A stretch of 39,820 nucleotides of DNA. Origin: a virus (Duplodnaviria; Caudoviricetes). A program made the position numbers and the translations under genes. Below are positions 23,057 to 32,575 of the stretch, one piece after another. Every line of letters starts with the position of its first letter. Within the stretch, counting starts at the first letter, position 1. The stretch is taken from positions 1 through 39,820 of the IMG/VR virus record IMGVR_UViG_3300037313_001230; one strand, written 5' to 3'. The notes under the pieces were generated by a model. It was not told the origin of the DNA. It worked only from the letters and a program-made list of their open reading frames with translations, and ran no database searches.

Positions 23057-26000
23057 TCAGAGAGCGGTGATCATGGGATCGGCGAGCCGCACGGCCGTGT
23101 TCGCGTCGTGCGGTTTGACGATGCCGTTGGCGCTGCGGATCACGGTCCAGGTCTGTGGTGACGTGGTGCCGCTGATGGCGGTGACGCGGATGCGCTCCCC
23201 GCCCAGGGCGGCGTCGAACGGGAACTCCTGCGGGTAGGCCGCGCTGGTGATCCATAGCGGGCCGTCGGTGACCGTCACGGAGAGGCTGGTTGCTGTGGCG
23301 GTGACGCCGGAGGCAAGTTCGGAGCCGTCCGTGTCGACACGGACGGGGGCGATGCCGGTGAAGGACAGGTCGTCGATGTGGACGGCGTCTTCACCCACCG
23401 CGGTGCTGTTGTCCTTGGCGTACCGGAAGATCACCTGGCTCTTGCCGGTGACGTCGACGATGACCTGCGTCCACGGGGTGGTGCCCTGTGCGCGCAGCAC
23501 CTGCACGCCGTCGACGAGGACGACCAGGCGGTCGCCCTCGTAGCCGGGGCCGGCGGCCTCGCTGCTCGTCCAGTACCAGACGCGCATCTCCGTCGACCCC
23601 GGCGGGATCGACACCACCCAGTCGGACGTCTGGTTGTTGCCGATCGCCCCCGACCGCAGGGACCAGGAGCCGGTGTTGAAGTGCGCGGTGCTGCGGGCCC
23701 ATGCGGCGTTGCCGCCGTTGACGGCGGTGACTTCGAGGGTGGTGTCCTCGAAGTCCTCGTAGGTGGCGGTGGCGCCGACGGTGTACGGGCCGGCGGGGGT
23801 GGTGTTGGCCTGCACGCTCCAGCGGGTCGGGGAGATGGTCTCGCTGTAGCCCTGCAGCAGCAGGTCGACGAGGTCGGTCGGATGCTGCGGGGGCAGGTCG
23901 GTGACCTGCAGGCGCACGCCGTAGTCCATGCCCAGCCACGTAGTGATCAGGTGGGGGGCCTCGGCGAGGTCGAGGGAGACGGACGGGTAGCGCATGCCGG
24001 GCCAGGTGCCCAGGTGCAGCCGCCACGAGGCGAGCTGCGGCAGCCGGTCGTCGCTGTAGGCGTTGACCGTGGGCGCGTCGGTGTAGCGGCGCCGCTTGGT
24101 GATGGACGCCGTATCGGCCACGGTGGCGGACGATCCGCCGTCCCGGCTGACGGTGATCGCGTTGCGCAGCCGCTGGTCGTCGAGGACCGGGGCGAAGGGG
24201 CTGGTGATCTCGTTGGCCCGGGCGTGCAGGACGACGGCCGGTTCCTGGTTGTACAGGCTGACCCTGGTGCGGTAGGCCAGGCCGAAGGCGGCGCGCTGTT
24301 CGCCCAGGATCCCGCCGTCGACGGCGGCGCACTCGGTGAGCAGCGCCACGAACTCGCCGGGCCGCTGCGGGCCGACCTGTTCGGTGTCGGCCGTGGTGCC
24401 GTGCAGGATGAACGGCACGCCCTCTTCGCGGCACAGCCGCCACACGCGGTCGGCGGCCGTCTCCCCGCTCCAGCCGACCATCGCGCTGCCGGTGTTGGCG
24501 TAGGCGGTGAGGGAGTTGGCCAGCGAGATGTGCCCGATGGCGGTGTCGGCCAGACCCTTGTCGGCGCCGACGCGGATGCGGGTGATCCGGCCCGCGGTCT
24601 GGGCGTTCAGTGTGCCGCTGGACGATCCGATGCTGACGATCGCGCCCAGCGTGGAGGCGCTGATGTCGAACCCGTACAGCGCCCAGTTGACGTTGGATCC
24701 GCTGCGGGAGAGCTCGAATCCTATGGACAGTCGGCGTCCGGTGACGTTGTAGGTGATGAACCCGGTGTCGTGCAGCTGCGTGCCGTCGCGGTCGAACACC
24801 CGCAGGCGCAGGCTGCCGGTGTTGTTGACGGTGACGCGCCATTCCTCGGCGGTGCCGGCGGTGTGCAGGCTGAACAGATGGGTTTCTGCGGCGACCCCGC
24901 TGACGTTCATGAAGAACCGCAGGGAGGCGTCGTCGGTGGGCGTGTAGGTGGGCACGGTCGCGGTCAGGCTGCCGGCACGCATGACGGGGAGCGCGTCGGA
25001 GGCGGCCCAGTCGGTGTAGGAGGCGGTCTCGCTGTCGCCGCTGATCTGCAGGGCGGGGTGCCCGGCGATCGCGGAGGCGAGCTGGGTGGCGTCCTGGCCG
25101 TCCTCGCACGGCCAGTAGGCAACGATGCCCGTGCGGGTGGGGTTCTCCAGCTCGCGGCGCATCGCCGAGTACAGGGGCTGCTGGCCCTGGCCGAGGCGGC
25201 GCAGGATGCCGGAGGCGGTCACCGTGACCTGTGATTCGCCCTCGTAGTCGGCGGCCTCGTCGGACAGGTCGCCCCACGGCCAGAGGGGTTCCCAGCTGTC
25301 GGCGTTCCCGGCGAACCGCTTCTGCCACGGGGCGATCGCGGCGTCCCCGGCCAGGGTCCAGGTGCGGCCCGCGGCGTCGTTGAACACCGTGGCGCCCTCC
25401 GCCACGGCCGAGAAGACCGGGTTGGCGACCGCGCTGCCATCAATGCCGTTGCGGACCTCCACGGCGTGGACCTGGCCCATGGCGTTCTCGAACCCGGCGA
25501 CTACTGGGAGGACGGCGGGGCCGATGGCCAGGGGGGAGGTGCTGTTGTAGATGGACGTCGTCCCCGTGGCCGTGCCGACGGTGCCGAGCTGCGCCCACGG
25601 GCCCGCGATCGAGGGCGCGGTGTAGAAGGTGACGGCGAAGGAGCCGGCGCCGTTGTCGACGTCGAGGGTCGCGCGGACGGCGAGCCGCCCGGACGGGGGG
25701 ATGACGAACTGGGCCGAGGTGAAGGTCCAGCCGTTGGTGTTGGTGCCGTCGACGGACCAGGAGAGCTTCAGCCGCCCGTCCTGCACGTAGAACGTCCAGG
25801 ACCGCTGGTTGCCGGTGGTGGTGTACTTGCCGGCCAGCCCGGTCAGGGTGCCGGTGGGGTACCAGTTGTCCAGGGTGGCCTCCACCCGGACGTCGAGGTC
25901 GCCGGTGATGTCCAGCGCCGCGGTGTCAGGTGTGGTGGCGGAGCCGGTGCCGTCGAGGGCGAGGTGGGTGGTTGCGCCGTCGACGGCGTACCGCAGCGGC

Positions 26001-26260
26001 ACGCCCATGTCGATGTCCGGGTAGTGGGCGCCGAGCGGGTTGTCGGGGGTGAAGTCCCCGCTCACGTTGTCCAGGACGAGGCTGATGGAGGTGGGGGCGG
26101 GCTCGGCGGACTCGTTGGCCTGGCCGCGGGTGATGGTGATCTTCTGGTCGTTCAGCGCCGCGGTGATGTCGGTCCACGTCCAGGTCGTCGGCGAGGCGTC
26201 CGCGTCCGCACCGAACGCGGCCTGCAGCCGGTGCCGCAGACGGTCATCGGGGAAAGCCAC
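23057..26260 (-). CDS. Large minor tail (tail-tip) protein with LamG/carbohydrate-binding-like inserts
   Basis: 1067 aa directly after tape measure; WTDIT...ITRG...LDN..GDFTP N-terminus; VAYWP.ED; beta-sandwich segments. Confidence 0.85.
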   Translation of the reverse strand: MAFPDDRLRHRLQAAFGADADASPTTWTWTDITAALNDQKITITRGQANESAEPAPTSISLVLDNVSGDFTPDNPLGAHYPDIDMGVPLRYAVDGATTHLALDGTGSATTPDTAALDITGDLDVRVEATLDNWYPTGTLTGLAGKYTTTGNQRSWTFYVQDGRLKLSWSVDGTNTNGWTFTSAQFVIPPSGRLAVRATLDVDNGAGSFAVTFYTAPSIAGPWAQLGTVGTATGTTSIYNSTSPLAIGPAVLPVVAGFENAMGQVHAVEVRNGIDGSAVANPVFSAVAEGATVFNDAAGRTWTLAGDAAIAPWQKRFAGNADSWEPLWPWGDLSDEAADYEGESQVTVTASGILRRLGQGQQPLYSAMRRELENPTRTGIVAYWPCEDGQDATQLASAIAGHPALQISGDSETASYTDWAASDALPVMRAGSLTATVPTYTPTDDASLRFFMNVSGVAAETHLFSLHTAGTAEEWRVTVNNTGSLRLRVFDRDGTQLHDTGFITYNVTGRRLSIGFELSRSGSNVNWALYGFDISASTLGAIVSIGSSSGTLNAQTAGRITRIRVGADKGLADTAIGHISLANSLTAYANTGSAMVGWSGETAADRVWRLCREEGVPFILHGTTADTEQVGPQRPGEFVALLTECAAVDGGILGEQRAAFGLAYRTRVSLYNQEPAVVLHARANEITSPFAPVLDDQRLRNAITVSRDGGSSATVADTASITKRRRYTDAPTVNAYSDDRLPQLASWRLHLGTWPGMRYPSVSLDLAEAPHLITTWLGMDYGVRLQVTDLPPQHPTDLVDLLLQGYSETISPTRWSVQANTTPAGPYTVGATATYEDFEDTTLEVTAVNGGNAAWARSTAHFNTGSWSLRSGAIGNNQTSDWVVSIPPGSTEMRVWYWTSSEAAGPGYEGDRLVVLVDGVQVLRAQGTTPWTQVIVDVTGKSQVIFRYAKDNSTAVGEDAVHIDDLSFTGIAPVRVDTDGSELASGVTATATSLSVTVTDGPLWITSAAYPQEFPFDAALGGERIRVTAISGTTSPQTWTVIRSANGIVKPHDANTAVRLADPMITAL

Positions 26261-26275
26261 AGTGGGTCAACCTCC

Positions 26276-28561
26276 TTACGCGGCGGCCTTGAAGAACCGC
26301 TCGGCCGAGCCGCCGGCCTCGGTACGGATGGCGCCTCGCAGCCATTCCACGAGCGCGCGGGGCATGCCGTGCGCGTCGAGGACCACCGTGGGCGCCGTCG
26401 CCGCGGCGGCGCTGCGGGTGCTGGTCGTCGTGAGGGCCTGCTGTTCCAGGCCGATGCCGGGCAGCTGCTCCAGCTGTGATTGCAGGCCCGGGATCTGGTC
26501 GGCGATGCCGGTCTGGAAGTCCTCGATCAGGGCGCGGCCGGAGTACAGGGTGTAGCCGCGTCCGGAGAAGGGGCCTTCCTTCGCCGGGGAGAACGGGAAG
26601 TAGTCGCGGGCCGCGGACACGATGTTGCCGGCCGCGTTCTTCACGGCGCTGAGCTTGGACATGATGCCGTTGATGAAGCCCTGGATGAGGCTCGCGCCGG
26701 CGCTGCGCAGGATGCTGCCGACGTTGCCGAGTGCGGACTTCGCACGGCCGGGGAGGCCGCGTACGTAGGAGATGTAGGAGACGACCTTTTGCACGGACGC
26801 GTCCTTGAACCGCTGCCAGGCCCGCGAGGCGGCGTTCGCCAGGGTGCTGCCGAGCGCGGCCAGGGCCGCCAGGGTGCGGCCCGGGAGAGTGCGCACGGTG
26901 GTGATGAAGCTGTTCCACTGGCGGCTGACGGGCCCGGCAACGTACTGGCTCCACAGCCCGGCGAACCAGTGGCCGATCGCGGTGCCGACGACGGAGAACA
27001 TCGTGCCGATCTGGCCGGCCTTCTGCCCGATCCAGCCGGTGAACGACGCCCACCACCTCGGGAGGTTGTCGTTCAGCGCGGACGCCATCCGGGAGACGAA
27101 CCCAGCCATCATCGTCACGGCCGCGGCGCCGAGGGCCCCGGCGACCAGGATGGGAAGCTTGGAGATCACGAAGATCAGGCCCGCCGCGATCGCGGCGATC
27201 TTGAAGACCTTCTCCGGGTTCTGCATGACGTAGTCGGCGACCGTCTGCCCGAAGCCCTGCAGGGCCTCGAACGCCTTCGGCGCGAGCTCCTTGGCCTTGG
27301 CGACCAGGCGCTGGCCGAGGATCTGGAAGAAGGAGATGAACCGGTCGGCGCCCTGCTTGCCGCCCTTGCCGGCGTCCTCCCACAGGCCGCCGAACTCGTC
27401 ACGAACGGTCGAGGTGAAGTCGGTGATGGCGGGGATGACGGTGTTGCCGAGGAACCCGACAACGTCCTGCTCCAGCGTCCGCTTGAAGATCTCGATCTTC
27501 GTCGCGGCGTTGTCGCGCATGCTGTCGCCGAGGTCGTCGGCCGCGCCCGCCGCGCCGCCCATCGCCTTGGACGCCTTGCCCACGTCGAGGGCGAACAGGG
27601 CCGCGCCGAGGTCCTCGCCGGGGCCGCCGAACAGGGTGGAGACGATCTGCTTGGCCTCCTGGGTGTTCGGGCCGAGGTCGCGCAGCCGGTCGAGGACCTG
27701 GCCCATCGCTTTCTCGCCCCGGGCGCCGCCGGCGGCGATGTCGTCGCCGGTCGCCTTGGCGTCCAGGCCGAGCTGCTTGAAGGCTTGCTGGACCCCCTTG
27801 CTGCCTTCGGTGGCCCGTAGGTTGAGCTCTTTGAACGCGTCGCCGATCTTGTCGGTGTCCTTGACCCAGCCGCCCTGCACGGCCTGGCGGATCAGGCCCA
27901 TCGCGGTCTGGCCGGAGATGCCCGCGGACTTAAAGACCGGGCCGTACTCGGTGACGGTCTCCAGGAGATCCTCGCTGGCCGGTCCGAGGCCGGTCATGCC
28001 CTTGGTGAGCAGGTCGAGGGCCTCGCCGCCGTCCTTCGCCATGCCGTTCTTCATCATGCTGCCGGCGGCGTTCGCTGCCGCCGACAGGTCAAGATCGAAC
28101 GTGTTGGCGAGATCGGCCACGTTGGTGGCGATCGACTTGATCTGTGCGTTGGTGGCGTTCGGCGGCACCAGGCCGGAGGACATCACCGCGCGGATGGTGT
28201 CGGCGCCCTGCTGGAAGTCCTCGACGATCGCACCCGCGTACAGCTGGCCGGCGAGCTGCCCGTACTTCTTCGCCTCGGCCGGGGTCGCGCCGAGCTGGGC
28301 CCGCAGCTTGGCGACGATCTTGCCCTGGTCGAGGGCCTCTCCGACGGCGGCGACCAGGCCGGTGACGGCGAGGGCCGCGCCACCGGCGAGGGCGCCCTTG
28401 AAGGCGCCCGCGAAACGTCCGCCGGCTTCCTGGCCGGCCGAGTTGGCCGGGCCGCTGGAGGCGTCGTTCAACGCCCGCTGGGCCTCGGGCCCGAACCCTC
28501 GCATGGAGGGCACGAGCCGGACGTAGGCAACGCCTACTTCCTCACCGGATCCGGACGCCAT
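26276..28561 (-). CDS. Tape measure protein
   Basis: VGVAYVRLVPS start, Ala/Gly-rich helical, FGGPGEDLG, PFSPAKEGP; follows tail chaperones. Confidence 0.92.
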   Translation of the reverse strand: MASGSGEEVGVAYVRLVPSMRGFGPEAQRALNDASSGPANSAGQEAGGRFAGAFKGALAGGAALAVTGLVAAVGEALDQGKIVAKLRAQLGATPAEAKKYGQLAGQLYAGAIVEDFQQGADTIRAVMSSGLVPPNATNAQIKSIATNVADLANTFDLDLSAAANAAGSMMKNGMAKDGGEALDLLTKGMTGLGPASEDLLETVTEYGPVFKSAGISGQTAMGLIRQAVQGGWVKDTDKIGDAFKELNLRATEGSKGVQQAFKQLGLDAKATGDDIAAGGARGEKAMGQVLDRLRDLGPNTQEAKQIVSTLFGGPGEDLGAALFALDVGKASKAMGGAAGAADDLGDSMRDNAATKIEIFKRTLEQDVVGFLGNTVIPAITDFTSTVRDEFGGLWEDAGKGGKQGADRFISFFQILGQRLVAKAKELAPKAFEALQGFGQTVADYVMQNPEKVFKIAAIAAGLIFVISKLPILVAGALGAAAVTMMAGFVSRMASALNDNLPRWWASFTGWIGQKAGQIGTMFSVVGTAIGHWFAGLWSQYVAGPVSRQWNSFITTVRTLPGRTLAALAALGSTLANAASRAWQRFKDASVQKVVSYISYVRGLPGRAKSALGNVGSILRSAGASLIQGFINGIMSKLSAVKNAAGNIVSAARDYFPFSPAKEGPFSGRGYTLYSGRALIEDFQTGIADQIPGLQSQLEQLPGIGLEQQALTTTSTRSAAAATAPTVVLDAHGMPRALVEWLRGAIRTEAGGSAERFFKAAA

Positions 28562-28574
28562 CGGGGCACCCCCT

Positions 28575-28973
28575 CTATTCAGCTGTGGGTGCTGCTCCTA
28601 CACGCTTGAGCAGCTGCATGACGTCGGCCGGATCGCGGTCGGTGCGGCCGGTGCGCAGGCCCGGTTTCTTCTTCAGCGGGCTGAGCGGGTCGGGCTTGTT
28701 GCGGCCCTTCTGGCCGTCCTTGGTGCGCTGCCAGTTCGCCGTGCGCAGTTCGTCGACGACGAGGTAGTGCAGGTGCTCGGCGAGTGTGTGGCCGTCGCCG
28801 CCCGCCGTGCGGGCGGTGACGCTGGCCGGGTCATTGCGCAGGGCCTCGTGCAGGCCGGAGACGCGGCCGACGCTCAGCGCACCGAGCTCGAAGGCGGTGC
28901 CGTGCAGCATCAGGTCGATGCTCAGCGCCTCCGACGCCTGCGGGGACGTGAGGACGGCGAGGCCCCTTTTCCC
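28575..28973 (-). CDS. Tail assembly chaperone, C-terminal frameshift extension (lambda gpT-like)
   Basis: Open -1 frame from slippery site; ANWQRTKDGQKGRNKPDPL. Confidence 0.8.
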   Translation of the reverse strand, partial: GKRGLAVLTSPQASEALSIDLMLHGTAFELGALSVGRVSGLHEALRNDPASVTARTAGGDGHTLAEHLHYLVVDELRTANWQRTKDGQKGRNKPDPLSPLKKKPGLRTGRTDRDPADVMQLLKRVGAAPTAE

Positions 28974-29227
28974 GACTCGCCGCTGTAGCTGATCCAGGCC
29001 CGGGCCAGCTGCTCCTGGACGTTGAGCGGCATCGCGTCGAGCGCCGCGACGGCGGCGGGGTTGGCGACCTCTTCGATCACGGACTCGTCGCCGGCCATGA
29101 AACGGCGGGCCTGCGCGCCGGTCAGGGTGTTGATGTTGGGCAGCGTGTAGGTACGGCCGTCCATGCCGGTGAACTCAAACGGCTCGCGGGCCAGTTCGCC
29201 GGCGACCTTGCGGGCGTCGAACGCCAT
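28922..29227 (-). CDS. Tail assembly chaperone (lambda gpG-like)
   Basis: Between major tail and tape measure; ends near W..YSGESGK. Confidence 0.85.
   Translation of the reverse strand: MAFDARKVAGELAREPFEFTGMDGRTYTLPNINTLTGAQARRFMAGDESVIEEVANPAAVAALDAMPLNVQEQLARAWISYSGESGKGASPSSRPRRRRRR
28967..28973 (-). other. -1 programmed frameshift slippery site G GGA AAA
   Basis: In-frame TCG GGA AAA; a -1 shift enters the 28575 ORF frame. Confidence 0.85.
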
Positions 29228-29305
29228 GCGCGGATCTCCTTAACTGTGCGCGCGGACGCAGGGTCGTCCCGGGGGCGCTCCGCGCGAGACGCTCCCGGGA
29301 CGAGA

Positions 29306-29863
29306 TCAGGCGAGGATTCCCCAGGCCGCGGAGTTGGAGTACTTGACCATCAGGTTGCCGTTGGCGTCCGGGTAGGCGGTGATCGTCACCGGGTACATCA
29401 CGGCGTCGCCGTTCTGGTACGGGACCTCGCCGCGCTCGGTGAGCTCGGCGTTGCCCAGGACGATGCGGATCAGGTCGGTGCCGTCGACGACGTTGAGGAC
29501 GAAGATCCGCTTGTCCGAGGTGGGCGGCTTGACCTCGATCTTCCACTCGGTGGTGTTCGCCACCACCTGGCTGCCCGGATAGAAGAGTTCCAGGTTCGAC
29601 CCGCGGGTCTGGATGAGGGTGCAGGCGATGGTCAGGGTGGACTCGGTGCGCACGGCGCGCACGGTGGTCGCGCCCTGCCAGGCGACGATGTTGTCGACCG
29701 AGTCGTCCCAGTTCTCGGTGACGCCGTCCTCGGACACGTAGCCGTGCCCGATGTAGGCCGCGGCCAGCGCGGTGGCGGCGTCGGTGGGCAGAGTGGTGCC
29801 GGGCGGCGCGGAGAACAGCTCCCCGGTGATGCCGACCCGGACTTCGCTGGCGACAAGGGCCAT
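29306..29863 (-). CDS. Major tail (tube) protein
   Basis: GYVSEDGVTE...IVAWQG..VR...YPVTITAYPD. Confidence 0.9.
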   Translation of the reverse strand: MALVASEVRVGITGELFSAPPGTTLPTDAATALAAAYIGHGYVSEDGVTENWDDSVDNIVAWQGATTVRAVRTESTLTIACTLIQTRGSNLELFYPGSQVVANTTEWKIEVKPPTSDKRIFVLNVVDGTDLIRIVLGNAELTERGEVPYQNGDAVMYPVTITAYPDANGNLMVKYSNSAAWGILA

Positions 29864-29926
29864 GGTGATCTCCTTCGCGAAGGGATGGGGGTACCCGGGC
29901 GCGCGGACATCACCGGGTGACGATGG

Positions 29927-30322
29927 TCAAGGAGCGGGCTGGATCGCGTCGTTGGCGCGCAGGTCCAGCGCGTAGGTGGCCCACACACGCGGGCTGCCGG
30001 TGACAGGGTCGTCGTCCAGACGCGGCCCGAGGAACTCCTGCACCCGGTAACACACCGGTCCGAGCAGGGCCGTCCCGGACAGCGCCCACACGGCCGTGCG
30101 CACGGCCCGGGCCAGGTCCATGGCGGCCTGGTCGGTGGGCGCCCAGCACCACACGTCCAGGCGCGCGGTGTCCCGCACCGGGACGAGAGCCGCCCCGCCC
30201 ACCCGGCGCACCTGGACGAACGTCTCGGGGCGCGGGTCGGGGACGCGGGCGACCACGCCGACGGGGGCAACGATCGGGGTGAGGTAGGTGATGAGCAGCT
30301 GGTTGGCGTCGGGCCACGACAC
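29927..30322 (-). CDS. Tail terminator
   Basis: VPDPRPETFVQVRRVGG...ARLDVWCWA; directly before major tail. Confidence 0.8.
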   Translation of the reverse strand: MSWPDANQLLITYLTPIVAPVGVVARVPDPRPETFVQVRRVGGAALVPVRDTARLDVWCWAPTDQAAMDLARAVRTAVWALSGTALLGPVCYRVQEFLGPRLDDDPVTGSPRVWATYALDLRANDAIQPAP

Positions 30323-30324
30323 GG

Positions 30325-30525
30325 TCAGATCCCCTCGACGTCGATGGGGCCCGTGATGGTGTGCAGGGGCACCCATGTCAGCCGCCCGGGCGACGGCTTG
30401 AGGATCAGGCAGCCCTCCTCGACACGGGGTGCGTCGAGGACCTCCCGCCACGCGGTGGTGCCGGAGAACTGCTGCCAGCGCACCCGGAACGCCGGCGTCG
30501 GCTCGGGGCCTTTCTGCAGGGGCAC
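30325..30525 (-). CDS. Hypothetical protein (66 aa)
   Basis: TAAGGAGG RBS; fills gap in neck region. Confidence 0.7.
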   Translation of the reverse strand: MPLQKGPEPTPAFRVRWQQFSGTTAWREVLDAPRVEEGCLILKPSPGRLTWVPLHTITGPIDVEGI

Positions 30526-30543
30526 GACCGCCTCCTTACAGGG

Positions 30544-30843
30544 TTAGTCGGCGGCCGCGCTCATCGCGGCGCGGAAGTAGCCGTGCTCCTGCTCCACCTG
30601 CAGGGAGTGCGGGTGGACGGCGATCGCGGTGGCGCCGGCGCGGGAGCGGCCGGTGTAGGAGTCGGCGACCAGGCGCACCGGCTCGGCGGTGCCGGAGTCG
30701 GCCAGGGCCTGTTCGAACTGGGGGCCCGCCTGGTCCAGGACCGCGCGGGCCCGCCGCTCCAGGTCCGCGCGCACTCCCTCCGACTTCAGCAGTGCGGCCG
30801 CGCCGCGCGAGTTGATCCGGAACCGCTCGACGAAGCGAGCCAT
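30544..30843 (-). CDS. Neck/tail-completion protein
   Basis: INSRGAAALLKSEGVRADLERRARAV...EQEHGYF; synteny. Confidence 0.7.
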   Translation of the reverse strand: MARFVERFRINSRGAAALLKSEGVRADLERRARAVLDQAGPQFEQALADSGTAEPVRLVADSYTGRSRAGATAIAVHPHSLQVEQEHGYFRAAMSAAAD

Positions 30844-30848
30844 GTGCA

Positions 30849-31238
30849 TCACCCATCCACGATCTTCAGGGCCAGTTCGGTGTGGTGAGGGCTGCTCGTC
30901 GCGGCCGCGGCCATGGCGAGCGGGTTGTAGGCGGGATCGGCGCGGCCGTCCAGCTCGAAGACGACCGGGCCTTCGGGGTGGCCGGCCCACTCGATCCGGG
31001 AACGGCGCGGTACGGGGCTGTGGTTGGTGACCATCAGCCACTTCTGCTGCAGCGGATCAGCGCCCTGTGCGGCTACTTGGGCGCGCTGGTCCTGCTGCAT
31101 CCACGCCTTCACGGTCGTGCGGGTGGCGGCCGGCCCGTAGTCGTAGACGGTGTTGTTGTAGCCGTCCGTCGACACCGCGGGCGCGACGATCACGACGTCG
31201 TGGGGCAGCAGCCTGTCGGACACCTGGGCGCTCGTCAT
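30849..31238 (-). CDS. Head-to-tail stopper
   Basis: DGYNN.VYD...RIEW...FELDG...HHTELAL...G. Confidence 0.8.
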   Translation of the reverse strand: MTSAQVSDRLLPHDVVIVAPAVSTDGYNNTVYDYGPAATRTTVKAWMQQDQRAQVAAQGADPLQQKWLMVTNHSPVPRRSRIEWAGHPEGPVVFELDGRADPAYNPLAMAAAATSSPHHTELALKIVDG

Positions 31239-31360
31239 GCCACCGTCCCCCGCTGCCAGGTCTGTTCCTCGGCCTGGACCAGATCGGCCACCGGCTCCGG
31301 CGCGATCTCCGGCACGCCCCCGTCCTGCTCGGGGAGGGGCTCTTCGGCGGGGGTGGTCAC
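31235..31360 (-). CDS. Small acidic protein (41 aa)
   Basis: GTGA and ATGA coupling on both sides. Confidence 0.45.
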   Translation of the reverse strand: MTTPAEEPLPEQDGGVPEIAPEPVADLVQAEEQTWQRGTVA

Positions 31361-31518
31361 GGGCACCTCTGCTCGAAGTCGTCGGCGAGCTCGCGCAGCA
31401 GCCGGGGCATGGCGGCCTGTGCCTCGCGCACGCTGTGGGCCTGCAGCGTGCCGACCTCGATGTCCTCCTCGTCGCTGCCGACGCGCAGGAACACGGGCAG
31501 CGACACGGGCGTGCTCAT
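31357..31518 (-). CDS. Small hypothetical protein (53 aa; not in ORF track)
   Basis: MSTPVSLPVFLRVG...LLRELADDFEQRCP; ATGA-coupled, GGAGG RBS. Confidence 0.55.
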   Translation of the reverse strand: MSTPVSLPVFLRVGSDEEDIEVGTLQAHSVREAQAAMPRLLRELADDFEQRCP

Positions 31519-32138
31519 CCCGCCTCCACCTGGATCGTGCCGAACCTGCGCGGCCCGTAGCGGCGCAGGCTCTTCTCGTCGTCATCGGTCATCACGACCG
31601 TCGCCCCGGTCGCCCCGCTGCCCTGCTGCAGCTGGTAGTTGTACGAGCCGATCCGCTCGGCGACCATGCCCGGCGTCATCGACGGCGACAGCAGCGTGCG
31701 CAGCACCATCGCGCACACCGTGCTCATCACGATGTGCGGCACCGGGTTGTAGCCGTGGTCGTAGATCACCTGATACGTGTCTGGCAGCGGCCCGCTCCAG
31801 CTGAGCGGCCACGATCCCGCCGGGCTCACACAGGACAGGTCGATCTTGTCGCGGCCGTCCCACACCCAGCCCGACAGTGCGCCGACCGTGCTGCCGTCCG
31901 GGCCGACGGCAGACACGGAGGTGACCGCGGTCACGGGCCGCTGCGGCAGCCGCAGCAGCGAGCCGACCGGGCGCAGGATGATGGTGTCCCCGGCGACCGC
32001 GGACAGCGTCTGTCCGCTGAACTCCCGCACGAGCGCGGAAGCGTCCGCCAGCAGGGCCGGTACGCGGGCGGCCTCCTCGTCGGTGAGCGGGCGGCCCAGG
32101 CGGGCCTCGACGTCGGCGGTGGTTGCCAGGTCCGCCAT
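31515..32138 (-). CDS. Head-to-tail adaptor
   Basis: LATTADVEARLGRPLT...LLADASALVR...ERIGSYNY. Confidence 0.85.
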   Translation of the reverse strand: MADLATTADVEARLGRPLTDEEAARVPALLADASALVREFSGQTLSAVAGDTIILRPVGSLLRLPQRPVTAVTSVSAVGPDGSTVGALSGWVWDGRDKIDLSCVSPAGSWPLSWSGPLPDTYQVIYDHGYNPVPHIVMSTVCAMVLRTLLSPSMTPGMVAERIGSYNYQLQQGSGATGATVVMTDDDEKSLRRYGPRRFGTIQVEAG

Positions 32139-32141
32139 GGC

Positions 32142-32561
32142 TCACCCCCCGTACTGTTCGATCAGCTCCTGCTTGGTCATGGAGCTGTGGTCCGCCGGGT
32201 CCTGGGTGTCGGCGAAGGCCACCCAGTCGGCCTTGGGCGCGCTCTGCGGCGGCCGTTCGGCCTGCGGCGTGGGCTCGGGCGCCGGTGCGGGCGGCACCGG
32301 TTCCGACGGTGCGGCGGGCTCCGTGGGCGGGGTGTCTTCCGGGGCGGGTTGCGTCGGGTCCTCGCCCCCGCCGGCCGTGGGCTCGTCGTCGTCCTGGTCC
32401 TCGTCGGGGGCGACGAGGGTGATGCCGTATTCCTCCGGCATGGCCAGGAGGACCTCGGCTTGCTCGTCGGTCACCTCGGCGAGCCCGTCGGCGAACTGCA
32501 CCTTGCCGTGGGCGGTGGCGACGAGGATGTGCGGGTAGCGCTCACAGCGCAGCGTGGTCAC
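32142..32561 (-). CDS. Head-associated protein with acidic/Pro linker and small C-terminal helical domain
   Basis: AAGGAG RBS before GTG 32561; KADWVAFA...MTKQELIEQYG. Confidence 0.7.
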   Translation of the reverse strand: MTTLRCERYPHILVATAHGKVQFADGLAEVTDEQAEVLLAMPEEYGITLVAPDEDQDDDEPTAGGGEDPTQPAPEDTPPTEPAAPSEPVPPAPAPEPTPQAERPPQSAPKADWVAFADTQDPADHSSMTKQELIEQYGG

Positions 32562-32575
32562 GTTGTCTCCTTGGA

